Of a DNA stretch of 64,000 nt, positions 48,723 to 58,340 are shown piece by piece. The stretch comes from Clostridiales bacterium (GTDB taxonomy: Bacteria; Bacillota; Clostridia; Saccharofermentanales; Saccharofermentanaceae). Position 1 is the stretch's first letter, and every line of letters starts with the position of its first letter. The stretch is from contig JAFWPB010000060.1 of the NCBI GenBank assembly GCA_017545245.1, positions 1,182 through 65,181 of the forward strand, given 5' to 3'. The notes below the pieces were generated by a model. The model was not told the DNA's origin. It worked only from the letters and a program-made list of their open reading frames with translations, and ran no database searches. The position numbers and the translations under genes are program-made.

Positions 48723-49358
48723 ATGAAGATTTACAGCGTTTTGGACAAAGAATTCGCACCTTATGGTAAGGTTCTGGATGGTTACGATGTATCTGATCTG
48801 CTCAAGGCTCTGGATGAGAAGACCCCTCTTCCGGAAGGCGTTGAATACGTAATGAGCTGCGCAGATCTGGAGTATACCAAGGCTTTCGGTCAGCTTCAGA
48901 ATAATGCTTACGGCGGCATGCCGATCCAGCTCGGCTACTGCAACGGCCACAACACTAAGCTCAACTGCCTCGAGTATCACCGTGATAGCGAGCTGAACAT
49001 CGGTTCCACCGATTTTATCCTGCTCCTGGCTAAGGCTGACGATATCATCGATGGCAAGCTCGACACATCCAAGGTCATGGCTTTCAAGGCTGAAAAAGGA
49101 CAGGTCGTTGAAGTTTACGAGACATCTCTGCACTATGCTCCATGCTCTGCTAAGAAGGGCGACGGCTTTAAGGTAGTTATCGTTCTGCCGAAGGGCACAA
49201 ATGGTCCGGTTCCGGCTCTGACACCTGCTACTGAAGAAGATAAGTGGCTGACAGCATGCAACAAGTGGCTCTTGGCTCACGAGGATGCATCAGAAGCAAA
49301 AGACGGCGCATATGTTGGATTGACAGGTATCAATCCAGATATTGCTGATCTGATCTGA
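48723..49358 (+). CDS. DUF4867-like (cupin/ureidoglycolate-lyase-like) protein
   Basis: 211 aa. N-terminus MKIYSVLDKEFAPYGKVLDGYD and overall length match my memory of DUF4867 proteins. Not verifiable here. Confidence 0.5.
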   Translation: MKIYSVLDKEFAPYGKVLDGYDVSDLLKALDEKTPLPEGVEYVMSCADLEYTKAFGQLQNNAYGGMPIQLGYCNGHNTKLNCLEYHRDSELNIGSTDFILLLAKADDIIDGKLDTSKVMAFKAEKGQVVEVYETSLHYAPCSAKKGDGFKVVIVLPKGTNGPVPALTPATEEDKWLTACNKWLLAHEDASEAKDGAYVGLTGINPDIADLI

Positions 49359-49380
49359 TACTGCTTTTATCCGAAAAAGA

Positions 49381-49448
49381 CTGTCCCGCGCTGGTCCTCG
49401 GTACTTTGTACCTGCGGAATCGCGCGGGACAGTTTTTTGTGGATAAAA
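49381..49448 (+). terminator. Intrinsic terminator (long hairpin)
   Basis: CTGTCCCGCGC (49381-49391) / GCGCGGGACAG (49432-49442) enclosing an inner GGTAC/GTACC hairpin, followed by T6. Confidence 0.8.
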
Positions 49449-49666
49449 TTGAAAGCAAATCAGAAACGCAAGAATTCTGAATATCTCACAAGTTTGACGA
49501 TGCAATGAATTGGTGCAACAATAATCTAGAAAAGTAATGTGTGCATGGATGGTTTTAATCCACTCTATGCATTTCAATTAATATACGATTGACTTTGAAT
49601 GTTCTTGAAGCAGAACGTATCTATTGACGTTCATATGTGCTATGCATTTCTGGTGTGGAGGTAATT

Positions 49667-51484
49667 ATGAAGAATCGATTATTGTCTGTTGTTCTAGTTT
49701 CAATTTGTACGCTGATTGCTTTGAATGAATCATTCATTTGTGAGAGTCGTGTTGGGGCAGCTGATGAAGAAGGAGTCCAGATCAATGCTGATAATTTCCC
49801 GGATAGTTCTTTTCGAACGTTCATAATGCAATTTGATGACAATAGTGATGGCTGGTTATCTGATGATGAGACTTCAATTATTGAATATATGAGCTGCGAA
49901 AATCGTATGATTTCTTCGCTTAAAGGTATCGAGTATTTTACTTCACTAAATTGTCTTATATGTACACACAATGAATTGACCACGCTTGATTTGAGCAGCA
50001 ATACTGAGCTTTCTTATCTTAAATGTGATAATAATCATCTGAAAGAACTAGATCTTAGTAAGAATACAAAACTGAAACAGCTTTTTGTTCAGGATAATCA
50101 GTTAACGAGTCTTAAGTTGGAAAACAACGATGCTTTAATGCAGATTATATGTTACAACAATAAAATTCAATCTATGCAAATTAATCATTGTTCCCAAATG
50201 GAATACTTATGCTCAGTTGCTGAATACAAGGATAATGGCCAGTATTATTCTCTTTGCGTCTCTGTTGGTATTGATCAGCAATTCTATTTGGCTTTTGACT
50301 ACAATTGTGAGATTCAGGTCGCATTCCCCAAAGACGGATCAATAGGGGATTTTGTCGAACGCCTGTATACTGTAGCCCTCAATCGTGATTCTGAACTTGG
50401 TGGAAAAAAGTACTGGGTAAACGAGATCACAAATGGTAATAAAACTGGAGCAGACTGTGGTTTGTTCTTTCTTACGAGTGCCGAATTCAATAACCGAAAA
50501 CTCAGTATCGAAGATTTTGTAGAGACTTTGTATAAAACGTTCTTCGGGCGCGAATCCGAATCAGCCGGAAAAAAATACTGGGTAGGTGAGCTAAAGAATA
50601 AATCAAAGAGCAGGGAGGATGTTATCCGAGGATTCATAGATTCAGCGGAATGGTGTAATATCTGTGCGGATTACGGAGTTAAATCAGGTGCTCCGACAGC
50701 AAAAGCAGAACATGCATCTCAGGCGGCTATCGATTTTGCTACAAGATTATATACCTGTTGCCTTGGAAGAAATCCGGAAAAAGGTGGATTGCAGTTTTGG
50801 TCGCTTGCGCTAACTAACCTTGAACAGACTGGTGCCCAGGCTGCTCAGCAATTCTTTGAAGGAAAAGAATTTCTTGGATTTAAAACTTCAAATGAAGAGT
50901 ATGTTACGCGTCTTTACACGACTTTCATGGGAAGAGAGGCAGACAAAGAAGGCCTCGTTTATTGGACAGATATATTGAAACGTGGCGTGGATCGTCACTA
51001 TGTCCTGAGGTGTTTTGCTGATTCAGCTGAATATACAGAAATCTGTCAAAAGTTTGGAATTGAGAGAGGAAGGGTTCTTCCGATCCTTCATTCCGTTTCG
51101 GAGTTCATTTCTGATCCGAGATGGGCAAATGGAGTTGCTTTTGATATTAATACTCATTCATATTTGTTTCCGATTAATGGATATACAGCATGTTTGGCTT
51201 ATTGCATGGATTATATCTACTATTGTCATGGCGCTTCTGCTATTGAGTCTGATCAAAGTTTTTACGATGTAGATCAGATTCGGCCTGGTGATGTAGTGGA
51301 GATAGGCAGTTTTACAGAAGAAGGTCATGTGTTTGTTGTTTTAGAACGAGATGGAAAAAGGCTAAAGACTGCAGAAGGAAATTGTGATGGACATGTACGT
51401 ATAGGATGGTGTTATACAATCAGTGGGTCGAAGTTTGCCGAAGATCCTAGGCCTTTGAGAGCAGTTTATCGTTATAGTGATTGA
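49667..51484 (+). CDS. Secreted multidomain protein: EF-hand-like loop, leucine-rich repeats, four DUF4214 repeats, C-terminal CHAP/NlpC-like cysteine peptidase module
   Basis: GGAGG RBS favours ATG 49667. Signal peptide. DDNSDGWLSDDE Ca-loop. LRRs (LDLSSNTELSYLKCDNNHLKELDLSKNTKLKQLFVQDNQLTSLKL). DUF4214 repeats FVERLYTVALNRDSELGGKKYW / FVETLYKTFFGRESESAGKKYW / FATRLYTCCLGRNPEKGGLQFW / YVTRLYTTFMGREADKEGLVYW. C-terminal GYTACLAYC...GDVVEI...EGHVFVV...AEGN. Confidence 0.75.
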   Translation: MKNRLLSVVLVSICTLIALNESFICESRVGAADEEGVQINADNFPDSSFRTFIMQFDDNSDGWLSDDETSIIEYMSCENRMISSLKGIEYFTSLNCLICTHNELTTLDLSSNTELSYLKCDNNHLKELDLSKNTKLKQLFVQDNQLTSLKLENNDALMQIICYNNKIQSMQINHCSQMEYLCSVAEYKDNGQYYSLCVSVGIDQQFYLAFDYNCEIQVAFPKDGSIGDFVERLYTVALNRDSELGGKKYWVNEITNGNKTGADCGLFFLTSAEFNNRKLSIEDFVETLYKTFFGRESESAGKKYWVGELKNKSKSREDVIRGFIDSAEWCNICADYGVKSGAPTAKAEHASQAAIDFATRLYTCCLGRNPEKGGLQFWSLALTNLEQTGAQAAQQFFEGKEFLGFKTSNEEYVTRLYTTFMGREADKEGLVYWTDILKRGVDRHYVLRCFADSAEYTEICQKFGIERGRVLPILHSVSEFISDPRWANGVAFDINTHSYLFPINGYTACLAYCMDYIYYCHGASAIESDQSFYDVDQIRPGDVVEIGSFTEEGHVFVVLERDGKRLKTAEGNCDGHVRIGWCYTISGSKFAEDPRPLRAVYRYSD

Positions 51485-51556
51485 ATACATGCTTTATCAC
51501 TCGTCCGATGAGAAGTCTGGCATTCGGACAGGAGAAAAAAGTATTAGATAAAATGC

Positions 51557-51628
51557 AAAAAGAAATCTCTCAAGCGACGAGTTTTTCTCGAAGAGAAAAC
51601 TGTTTGAGTCGCGGAGAGATTTCTTTTA
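51557..51628. terminator. Long bidirectional terminator hairpin between convergent genes
   Basis: 13-bp outer stem AAAGAAATCTCTC (51559-51571) / GAGAGATTTCTTT (51614-51626), with inner GCGAC/GTCGC and TTTTCTC/GAGAAAA pairings. Flanked by an A-run upstream and a T-run downstream. Confidence 0.6.
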
Positions 51629-51646
51629 CTTTTAATAAGCTTTTCT

Positions 51647-52996
51647 TTAGCCGAAGAACTCTTTATAGAGCGTTCTAACCGCATAAGAGCAGTATTCTTC
51701 GCGGACGCCGAACATGACAGAGATCTCGGATGCGCCCTGGTTAATGAGCTCGAGGTTGATACCGGCTTTGGAAAGTGCAGTAGCGGCTCTTGCTGTTGTA
51801 CCAACTGTATTTGCCATAGCTTCACCGACGATCATGACAATGGCGAGGTCGCGGTTTACGGAGATGTTGTCTACATTGAGCTCGAGGCTGATTCTCTGAA
51901 TGATGCGGCGTTCTTTCTCCGGTGTGAAATCTGCAGAGCGGAGAATAATGGAAACCGAATCGATTCCGGAAGGCATATGCTCGATGGAAAGACCCTCATC
52001 AGCGATGATCGCCAGTACTTTTACAAGGAAACCAACTTCGCGGTTCATGAGGTACTTGCTCATGTTGAGTGCGCAGAAGCCCTTTTCGCCGGCAATACCT
52101 GTTACGAGTGAATCGTAATGAGTACGCTTGCTTACGATCATGGTGCCCTTACCGGACGGATTGTTGGTGTTCTTGATGTTTACTGGGATACCGCGTACGA
52201 AAGCAGGGTAAAGTGCTTCTTCGTGAAGTACCTGGAATCCTGCATAAGCAAGCTCACGCATTTCATCGTAGGTGATTTCGGTTACCGGGAAAGGATCCTT
52301 GACCAGATTCGGGTTTACAGCGAATACATTGTCGACATCAGTCCAGTTCTCATAAACGGAAGCATGGAGTGCAGCAGCAAGGATTGCGCCGGTAATATCT
52401 GAACCACCACGGGAGAAGGTAATGATCTCGCCGTCTTTAGAGAATCCGTAGAATCCAGGGAAGACACAGATCTCACGAAGGTGGGAAAGCTCTGCCAGGT
52501 TGTCGTAGGATTCAGGAAGAACCTTAACGTGGCCGCCGATCTCTGTTTCAAGGAAGAGTCCTGCCACTCTCGGGTTGCAGTATGTAGCCTTGTGACCTGT
52601 CTTTGTCAGATAAGTGGCAACAAGACGAGCGCAACTGTCCTCGCCAAGTGCTTTTGTAGCATCCATATAGCGGGAAGCATCTTTGATCGGCTCATTGATG
52701 GAGTCTTCGATATTCTCTTTGATGGATTCCATGCAGTCTGTGATATCAAGTTCTTCACAGATGGAAGAAAAACGATCCAGAACCGCTTTGAGTTCTTTTT
52801 CCCCGGACTGACCGGAAATCTTTGCGTTTGCCAGTGCGATCAAAAGATCTGTAACCTTGATGTCCGAAGAGAATCTCTTTCCTGGAGCGGAAACGACGAT
52901 AACACGACGCTCTTCGTCACTTAACAGTATGTCGCAGACCTTCTTGATTTGTGTGGCGTCTGCACAGGATGAACCACCGAACTTGGTAACTTTCAT
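51647..52996 (-). CDS. lysC: Aspartate kinase
   Basis: 449 aa. MKVTKFGGSSCADATQIKKV, VVSAPGK, TFSRGGSD, C-terminal ACT-domain pair. Confidence 0.9.
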   Translation of the reverse strand: MKVTKFGGSSCADATQIKKVCDILLSDEERRVIVVSAPGKRFSSDIKVTDLLIALANAKISGQSGEKELKAVLDRFSSICEELDITDCMESIKENIEDSINEPIKDASRYMDATKALGEDSCARLVATYLTKTGHKATYCNPRVAGLFLETEIGGHVKVLPESYDNLAELSHLREICVFPGFYGFSKDGEIITFSRGGSDITGAILAAALHASVYENWTDVDNVFAVNPNLVKDPFPVTEITYDEMRELAYAGFQVLHEEALYPAFVRGIPVNIKNTNNPSGKGTMIVSKRTHYDSLVTGIAGEKGFCALNMSKYLMNREVGFLVKVLAIIADEGLSIEHMPSGIDSVSIILRSADFTPEKERRIIQRISLELNVDNISVNRDLAIVMIVGEAMANTVGTTARAATALSKAGINLELINQGASEISVMFGVREEYCSYAVRTLYKEFFG

Positions 52997-53148
52997 ATTT
53001 TTTCGAACCTCCTTGATTCGCCTGCTGTTTTTTGTTTCAAGTTATTATATAGTTATAAAGTGCCAGTTCGCAAGTAAAACAAGAATACTTGCGGTTTTTT
53101 CTTTACATTGGTATTCTTACGGAGATATTTAACACAGGGAGAGGTTGC

Positions 53149-53640
53149 ATGGGAAACATATTCCGACCGGATATGACCGCAAAGCTGGTCAGTGATATCG
53201 ATTTTCAGGCTCTTGCGGAAAAGGGCTTTCGCTTTATCATGCTCGATTTTGACAATACGCTGGCTCCTGACCACTTCACAGAACCGATCCCGTATTCGTA
53301 TGAGATGGTTGAAAAGATGCAGAATGCAGGCTTTTCGCTGTGTCTTGTTTCTAATGCCAAATCTGAACGCTCCAAAAGAATTGCAGACATGTTGAAGATT
53401 CCTTGCATTTCCTATGCCCATAAGCCCAGCCCGTCTGGTGTAATCAAGGCGATGGAACTGATCGGTGCAGAGAAAGAGAAGACGATCATGCTCGGAGACC
53501 AGGTCTTTACAGATATCATTGCCGGAAATCGTGCTGGAATATTTACGATCCTGGTTGACCGCTATTCGAAAAAAGAAGTTTTCTATGTTGTGTTGAAGCG
53601 TTTCCCGGAGTGGATCATTCGGAAGATCTGCCGCTTCTAA
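53149..53640 (+). CDS. YqeG-family HAD-IIIA phosphatase
   Basis: ATG 53149. MLDFDNTLAP (DxDxT), LVSNA, MLGDQVFTDI motifs. Confidence 0.8.
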   Translation: MGNIFRPDMTAKLVSDIDFQALAEKGFRFIMLDFDNTLAPDHFTEPIPYSYEMVEKMQNAGFSLCLVSNAKSERSKRIADMLKIPCISYAHKPSPSGVIKAMELIGAEKEKTIMLGDQVFTDIIAGNRAGIFTILVDRYSKKEVFYVVLKRFPEWIIRKICRF

Positions 53641-53737
53641 GCCTTATTTTTCAGCGTTTTCCGCTCAAGCATCAAGTCAGCAGATACGGGGTTTTTTGTG
53701 TAAAATAGAAAAAATCTGAATTTGCCTGGCTTTTTAC

Positions 53738-53766
53738 TTGCACAATCAGAAGTGCTAAAGTACAAT
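53738..53766 (+). promoter_or_regulatory. Putative sigma-A promoter of efp
   Basis: TTGCAC (53738-53743), 17-nt spacer, TACAAT (53761-53766). Confidence 0.45.
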
Positions 53767-53819
53767 ATTATAGCAATTATTTAGATTAAGATTTATATTG
53801 ATATTTCGGAGGAACACTT

Positions 53820-54377
53820 ATGATTAGCGCTGGTGATTTTAGAAATGGTATGTGCTTTGAGATGGACGGACAGGTTTTCCAGGTTGTGGAATTCCAGCAC
53901 GTTAAGCCGGGTAAGGGCGCCGCTTTCGTACGTACTAAGTACAAGAACGTAAAGACAGGTTCTGTTGTTGAAAGAAGCTTCAACCCGAACGAGAAATTTG
54001 AACAGGCACAGCTTGATCGCAATGATATGCAGTATATCTATTCTGACGGTGATCTTTACTATTTCATGGATCAGGAATCCTATGAGCAGCGTCCGATCTC
54101 TAAAGAGAATATCGGTGAGAACATCCGCTTCCTGAAAGAGGAAATGGTTTGTAAGGTTCTTTCCTACAAGGGTGAGATCTTCGGTGTTGAGCTTCCGATC
54201 GTTGTTGAACTGGAAATCACAGAGTGTGAGCCTGGTGTTCGTGGTGATACGACAAACAATGCAACTAAGATCGCTACTCTTGAGACAGGCGCTACAGTTA
54301 AGGTTCCGCTTTTCGTAAATCAGAACGAAGTGATCCGTGTTGATACTCGTACAGGTGAATATCTCGAGCGTGCATAA
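53820..54377 (+). CDS. efp: Elongation factor P
   Basis: 185 aa. [47 protein letters not shown] is a near-canonical EF-P N-terminus. Confidence 0.97.
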   Translation: MISAGDFRNGMCFEMDGQVFQVVEFQHVKPGKGAAFVRTKYKNVKTGSVVERSFNPNEKFEQAQLDRNDMQYIYSDGDLYYFMDQESYEQRPISKENIGENIRFLKEEMVCKVLSYKGEIFGVELPIVVELEITECEPGVRGDTTNNATKIATLETGATVKVPLFVNQNEVIRVDTRTGEYLERA

Positions 54378-54419
54378 TATCACGTTCTGATTTCACTTCG
54401 AGAAGAGGAAATTCACAAG

Positions 54420-54800
54420 ATGGGTGAGAATCTCGTATCGGAATCAATTAAAGGCGAACGCTCGATGTCGCAAGGCTTCGTTGCACAGTATGCAGCAGAA
54501 GCCGCCTTGCGTACGGAGGGCGTTGCTTGTCTTACGGCATCTGTTCCTGTTGCACTGAAAGAATCACTTGGATTCGTGCATGAAGGAAAAGGGGTGCGTG
54601 TCGAGTTTTCCGAGACGGAAGAAGGATTTGTTTCCGTAACAGTCTATCCGATCGTGTATTATGGTATGATTATTCCAGAGGTAGCGTGGTCCATACAGGA
54701 ACGCGTGAAGGAAGATATCGAGAAATTTACCGGTCTGGTTGTGGCATCGGTAAATGTTCATGTTTGTGGTGTCGTATTGAAGGAGGAGAAGGGTTCATGA
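54420..54800 (+). CDS. Asp23/Gls24-family envelope stress protein
   Basis: 126 aa; ATG 54465 is an alternative start. IAEAAALRTEGV-type N-terminus (AAEAALRTEGVACL), VNVHVCGV near the C-terminus. Confidence 0.8.
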   Translation: MGENLVSESIKGERSMSQGFVAQYAAEAALRTEGVACLTASVPVALKESLGFVHEGKGVRVEFSETEEGFVSVTVYPIVYYGMIIPEVAWSIQERVKEDIEKFTGLVVASVNVHVCGVVLKEEKGS

Positions 54801-55348
54801 ACCGGATCGTTCGCTTTGTGCTGATCGTATATTCCACGCTTTTAGCGGTATTGTCATTGCTTTTGCTCTATGCTTTTGTAGATGACGGGATTTTTGCAAA
54901 CCTTCTTGCACCATTATCCAGCATCGTAGAAGATCCTTACAAGAAGTACATCTATCTTGCTGTTTTGCTTTTCCTGCTGATCTCATGTGTGATTACTGTA
55001 ACATATTGTCTCTTGAACGGACGTTTGAGCAAGACTCGTATCCGTCAGACAGAGATCGGTCATGTTGAGATCGGAGTTGATGCAATCGAGAGTATTGCGC
55101 TGAACTCCGCAAAGAGTGCGCAGGTTGGTATTAAAACGGCGCGTGCACGTGTATCATCTGCAAAGAATAATGCGATCCGTGTTCACTTGAATGCGGTATT
55201 GTATTCCAACGTTGAAGTTCCGTCTACTATGGCAAAAGTCCAGGAACGCATCAAGAAAGATATCGAGAAGTATACAGGTATCACAGTTGAAAATGTTTCG
55301 GTCAAGGTCAGCCGCGTAGAGCCGGTAGTGGCAAAAGTGGAGCGCTAA
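54797..55348 (+). CDS. amaP: Alkaline shock response membrane anchor protein AmaP
   Basis: ATGA overlap with the Asp23 stop. Two N-terminal TM helices, then an Asp23-like C-terminal region (VEIGVDAIESIALNSAKS...ITVENVSVKV). Confidence 0.7.
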   Translation: MNRIVRFVLIVYSTLLAVLSLLLLYAFVDDGIFANLLAPLSSIVEDPYKKYIYLAVLLFLLISCVITVTYCLLNGRLSKTRIRQTEIGHVEIGVDAIESIALNSAKSAQVGIKTARARVSSAKNNAIRVHLNAVLYSNVEVPSTMAKVQERIKKDIEKYTGITVENVSVKVSRVEPVVAKVER

Positions 55349-55351
55349 GGA

Positions 55352-55588
55352 ATGAGAGCACTTTTTGTCAAAATCTTTGATATGCTGAAAGATAAGAATT
55401 CGGGCAAGATCGGTGCCGGAATTGCATTCTTCTTTGCGTTGTTTTTGGTGATCTTCGGCTTTTTTAAAACGTTGTTCATCATTATCCTTACGATCATAGG
55501 TTATGTGGTCGGCGCATTGTTGTTTTCCGATAAAGAGAAGATTAAGGACTGGATGGATAAGATCCTTCCACCCGGGAGGTTTAGATGA
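55352..55588 (+). CDS. DUF2273 small integral membrane protein
   Basis: 78 aa with two TM helices, in the conserved position between amaP and nusB. Confidence 0.65.
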   Translation: MRALFVKIFDMLKDKNSGKIGAGIAFFFALFLVIFGFFKTLFIIILTIIGYVVGALLFSDKEKIKDWMDKILPPGRFR

Positions 55589-55995
55589 GTAGAAGAGAAG
55601 CCCGCGATGCGGCATTGGCATTTTTATTCCAGCTGGATTTCAGATCAGAACCTGTTTCTGAGCAGAGAGATCTGTATCTTCAGAATCATCCGCTTGATGA
55701 AGCAGATATCGATTTCTTCGATACTCTGGTTCAGGGCGTATGCGAAAAGAAAGACGAGATCGATGAAGTCTATGCCAAATATCTGAAAGACTGGAAGCAG
55801 GACCGTTTGCCGAAGGTAGATGTCGTCATACTTCGTATCTCTGTTTACGAGATGCTGTATATGAAAGATGTTCCTACAAATGTTTCCATCAGTGAGGCGG
55901 TAATCCTTACCAAGAAATACAGTTCGGAAGATTCAAAGGGATATATAAACGCTGTTCTCGGTAAAGTGGGAAAAGAACTGGAATCCAATGAGTAA
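55585..55995 (+). CDS. nusB: Transcription antitermination factor NusB
   Basis: 136 aa. SRREARDAALAFLFQLDF, LRISVYEMLY, INEAV-like ISEAVILTKKY, VNAVLG-like INAVLGKV. Confidence 0.93.
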   Translation: MSRREARDAALAFLFQLDFRSEPVSEQRDLYLQNHPLDEADIDFFDTLVQGVCEKKDEIDEVYAKYLKDWKQDRLPKVDVVILRISVYEMLYMKDVPTNVSISEAVILTKKYSSEDSKGYINAVLGKVGKELESNE

Positions 55996-57199
55996 CGCTG
56001 TTTTTTCAGTTACAGATCTGAATGAGTACGTAAGCACATTGTTGTCACAAGACGATGTGCTTTGTCAGTTATGCGTAAAAGGTGAGATTTCCGGATATAA
56101 GCGTTATCCTTCCGGGCATGCCTATTTTCAGTTGAAGGATGAAAAATGCGCAGTCAGCTGCGTCGCTTTTAAAGGCAGTTTCCAGCATATAGCATTTGTC
56201 CCGGAAAGCGGCATGAAGGTCGTGATTTTCGGCCGTGCAGCACTTTACGGTGCGGACGGAAAATTCCAAGTCATCGTTTCTTTTATGCAGGAAGAAGGAC
56301 AGGGAGAGCTTTTCAAGCAGTTTGAACTTCTGAAGAGCAAGATGCAGGCAGAAGGCCTGTTTGACCCTGACCACAAGAAGCCGATTCCTCTGTTACCACG
56401 ACGGATCGGTGTGGTTTCTTCTCCAAAAGGTGCAGTGATCCAGGACATAATTAACGTTCTAAATAGAAGGTTCCCTAATTACGATCTGCTTTTGTATCCT
56501 TCAGCCGTACAGGGAAAAGAGGCGCCGGCGGAGCTGATCAGGGGAATCAGAACGCTGGATGCACGTGATGATATCGATGTCATCATTGTGGCACGTGGCG
56601 GTGGTTCGATGGAGGATCTCTGGTGTTTTAATGACGAAGCACTGGGGCGTGCCATCTTTGAGGCAAATACCCCGATCATTTCTGCGGTCGGACATGAGAC
56701 GGACTATACGATATGTGATTTCTGCGCGGATCTGCGTGCACCGACTCCGTCTGCAGCGGCGGAACTTGTCATGCCGAATAAAGTAGAACTGCGTTCGCGT
56801 ATGGACTCACTGGCTTCGAATCTGAAAGGCGCGATGTCACAGCTTCTCCGGATGAAGAGCCATCACTTGGAACTTCTCGGTCAGCATCGTGCATTGATGC
56901 TTCCTCAGGTAAGGATCCAGAATGAGCAGCAATGCTGTGATCAGATGACGGAGAAGATGCGGGTTGCATTAGATAGAAACCTCTCGAATTATCGCGAGAG
57001 GCTCGTCTCCCTTCTTGGGAAATACGAAGCGCTGAATCCGATGGGTGTCCTGCTTCGTGGCTATGCCTATGTTACTGATGAAAAATCTCAAACGGTCGAT
57101 TCCGTGAAGTGTGTTAATATAGATGGGAAGATTACGATCCATGTTTCGGATGGATCGATGGGTGCGGTTGTCACTTCAATAGAAGAAAAAGAGGGTTGA
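55988..57199 (+). CDS. xseA: Exodeoxyribonuclease VII large subunit
   Basis: 403 aa. OB-fold N-terminus VFSVTDLNEYVSTLL...VKGEISGYKRYPSGHAYFQLKD, IGVVSSPKGAVIQDI, ARGGGSMEDLWCFNDE, ISAVGHETD. Confidence 0.93.
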   Translation: MSNAVFSVTDLNEYVSTLLSQDDVLCQLCVKGEISGYKRYPSGHAYFQLKDEKCAVSCVAFKGSFQHIAFVPESGMKVVIFGRAALYGADGKFQVIVSFMQEEGQGELFKQFELLKSKMQAEGLFDPDHKKPIPLLPRRIGVVSSPKGAVIQDIINVLNRRFPNYDLLLYPSAVQGKEAPAELIRGIRTLDARDDIDVIIVARGGGSMEDLWCFNDEALGRAIFEANTPIISAVGHETDYTICDFCADLRAPTPSAAAELVMPNKVELRSRMDSLASNLKGAMSQLLRMKSHHLELLGQHRALMLPQVRIQNEQQCCDQMTEKMRVALDRNLSNYRERLVSLLGKYEALNPMGVLLRGYAYVTDEKSQTVDSVKCVNIDGKITIHVSDGSMGAVVTSIEEKEG

Positions 57200-57201
57200 T
57201 C

Positions 57202-57423
57202 ATGGCGGAAGAAAGTATAAACATGTCTTATGAAGATGCGGTAAAAGAACTGGAATCGATCATTTCCAAGCTCGAGTCGGGGGATGCGTCTCTGGACGAT
57301 TCGATCAAGCTTTATTCACGTGGAATGGAGTTGTCCAAGTTCTGCAAGGATAAACTGGATTCCATTGTGAAGCAGATCAGCATGCTTTCTCAGGACGGCA
57401 CCTCAGAAACCGATTTTTCCTGA
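57202..57423 (+). CDS. xseB: Exodeoxyribonuclease VII small subunit
   Basis: 73 aa. SYEDAVKELESIISKLESGDASLDDSIKLYSRGMEL is typical XseB. ATG 57202 is just after the xseA stop. Confidence 0.9.
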   Translation: MAEESINMSYEDAVKELESIISKLESGDASLDDSIKLYSRGMELSKFCKDKLDSIVKQISMLSQDGTSETDFS

Positions 57424-57437
57424 TTTAGAGGTGTGTC

Positions 57438-58340
57438 ATGACCAGTAATGTTTCGTATACGATGAAAAAATACCAGGAACGTCTTGAGCAGATGCTGCCC
57501 AATGTGTTTCCTGAAGAGTTAAGTGATGATCCGACAGTAAAAGCATCGCTGTATAGCCTTCTGGCAGGCGGAAAGCGTATCCGCCCTGTTTTGATGTATA
57601 TGTTTGCGGATCTTCTCGGCGTTGATCTCGAAATCATCGATGATTACGCGGTTGCGATCGAGATGATTCATACTTATTCTTTGATCCACGATGATCTTCC
57701 TTGTATGGACAATGATGATCTCCGTCGTGGAAAGCCAACCTGTCATGTCGCAAATGGCGAGAATTTCGCGCTTCTGGCAGGAGACTGTCTTATGAACCGT
57801 GCTTATGAAAGAGTTCTGGACGCGGTTAAGAAGCATCCTGAGACGATCGATGCTGCGATGTATTTTGCCACTAATGCCGGTATCCTCGGTATGGTTGGCG
57901 GACAGAGCATCGACCTTGATTCGGAAGGAAAGAAGATCGACACCGGAAAACTCTGTGAACTTCATGAGAAGAAGACAGGTGCGCTGATCAACACAAGCTG
58001 CCTGGTACCGTATCTGATCTATGCCGCGCAGAAAGGTAAAAACGAAGAAGTAGAAAAACGGATCAAGCGCTTTTCGGCCGGAACCGGTCTGGGCTTCCAG
58101 ATCAAAGATGATCTTCTGGATGTGCAGGCAGATGAGAGCGTTCTCGGAAAAACTGTCGGCAAAGACGAGCGTGATGAAAAGTCTACATTCGTCACGGTCT
58201 TTGGTGAGAAGAATGCACAGAAAATGCTTGACGATACATATAGTGATGTTTTCTGCGCACTGGACGAACTTCAGGAAATGGGCTACCAGGTCCGTGATCT
58301 TCGTCAGTTAAGCGAGCTTCTGCAGAATCGTATTCAATGA
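57438..58340 (+). CDS. ispA: Polyprenyl (farnesyl/geranylgeranyl) diphosphate synthase
   Basis: 300 aa. First and second Asp-rich motifs LIHDDLPCMDNDDLRRGKPT and FQIKDDLLD. Confidence 0.9.
   Translation: MTSNVSYTMKKYQERLEQMLPNVFPEELSDDPTVKASLYSLLAGGKRIRPVLMYMFADLLGVDLEIIDDYAVAIEMIHTYSLIHDDLPCMDNDDLRRGKPTCHVANGENFALLAGDCLMNRAYERVLDAVKKHPETIDAAMYFATNAGILGMVGGQSIDLDSEGKKIDTGKLCELHEKKTGALINTSCLVPYLIYAAQKGKNEEVEKRIKRFSAGTGLGFQIKDDLLDVQADESVLGKTVGKDERDEKSTFVTVFGEKNAQKMLDDTYSDVFCALDELQEMGYQVRDLRQLSELLQNRIQ

Noticed and set aside
51481-51678. 65-aa forward ORF between the CHAP-like gene and lysC
   Set aside because: It lies entirely within the long bidirectional terminator hairpin and has no RBS. 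The translation is dictated by the palindromic sequence.
54686-54796. N-terminal extension of the amaP ORF overlapping asp23 (ORF-track start 54686)
   Set aside because: The extension is out-of-frame overlap with the well-supported Asp23 gene. ATG 54797 gives the canonical ATGA stop/start coupling and begins directly at the TM helices.
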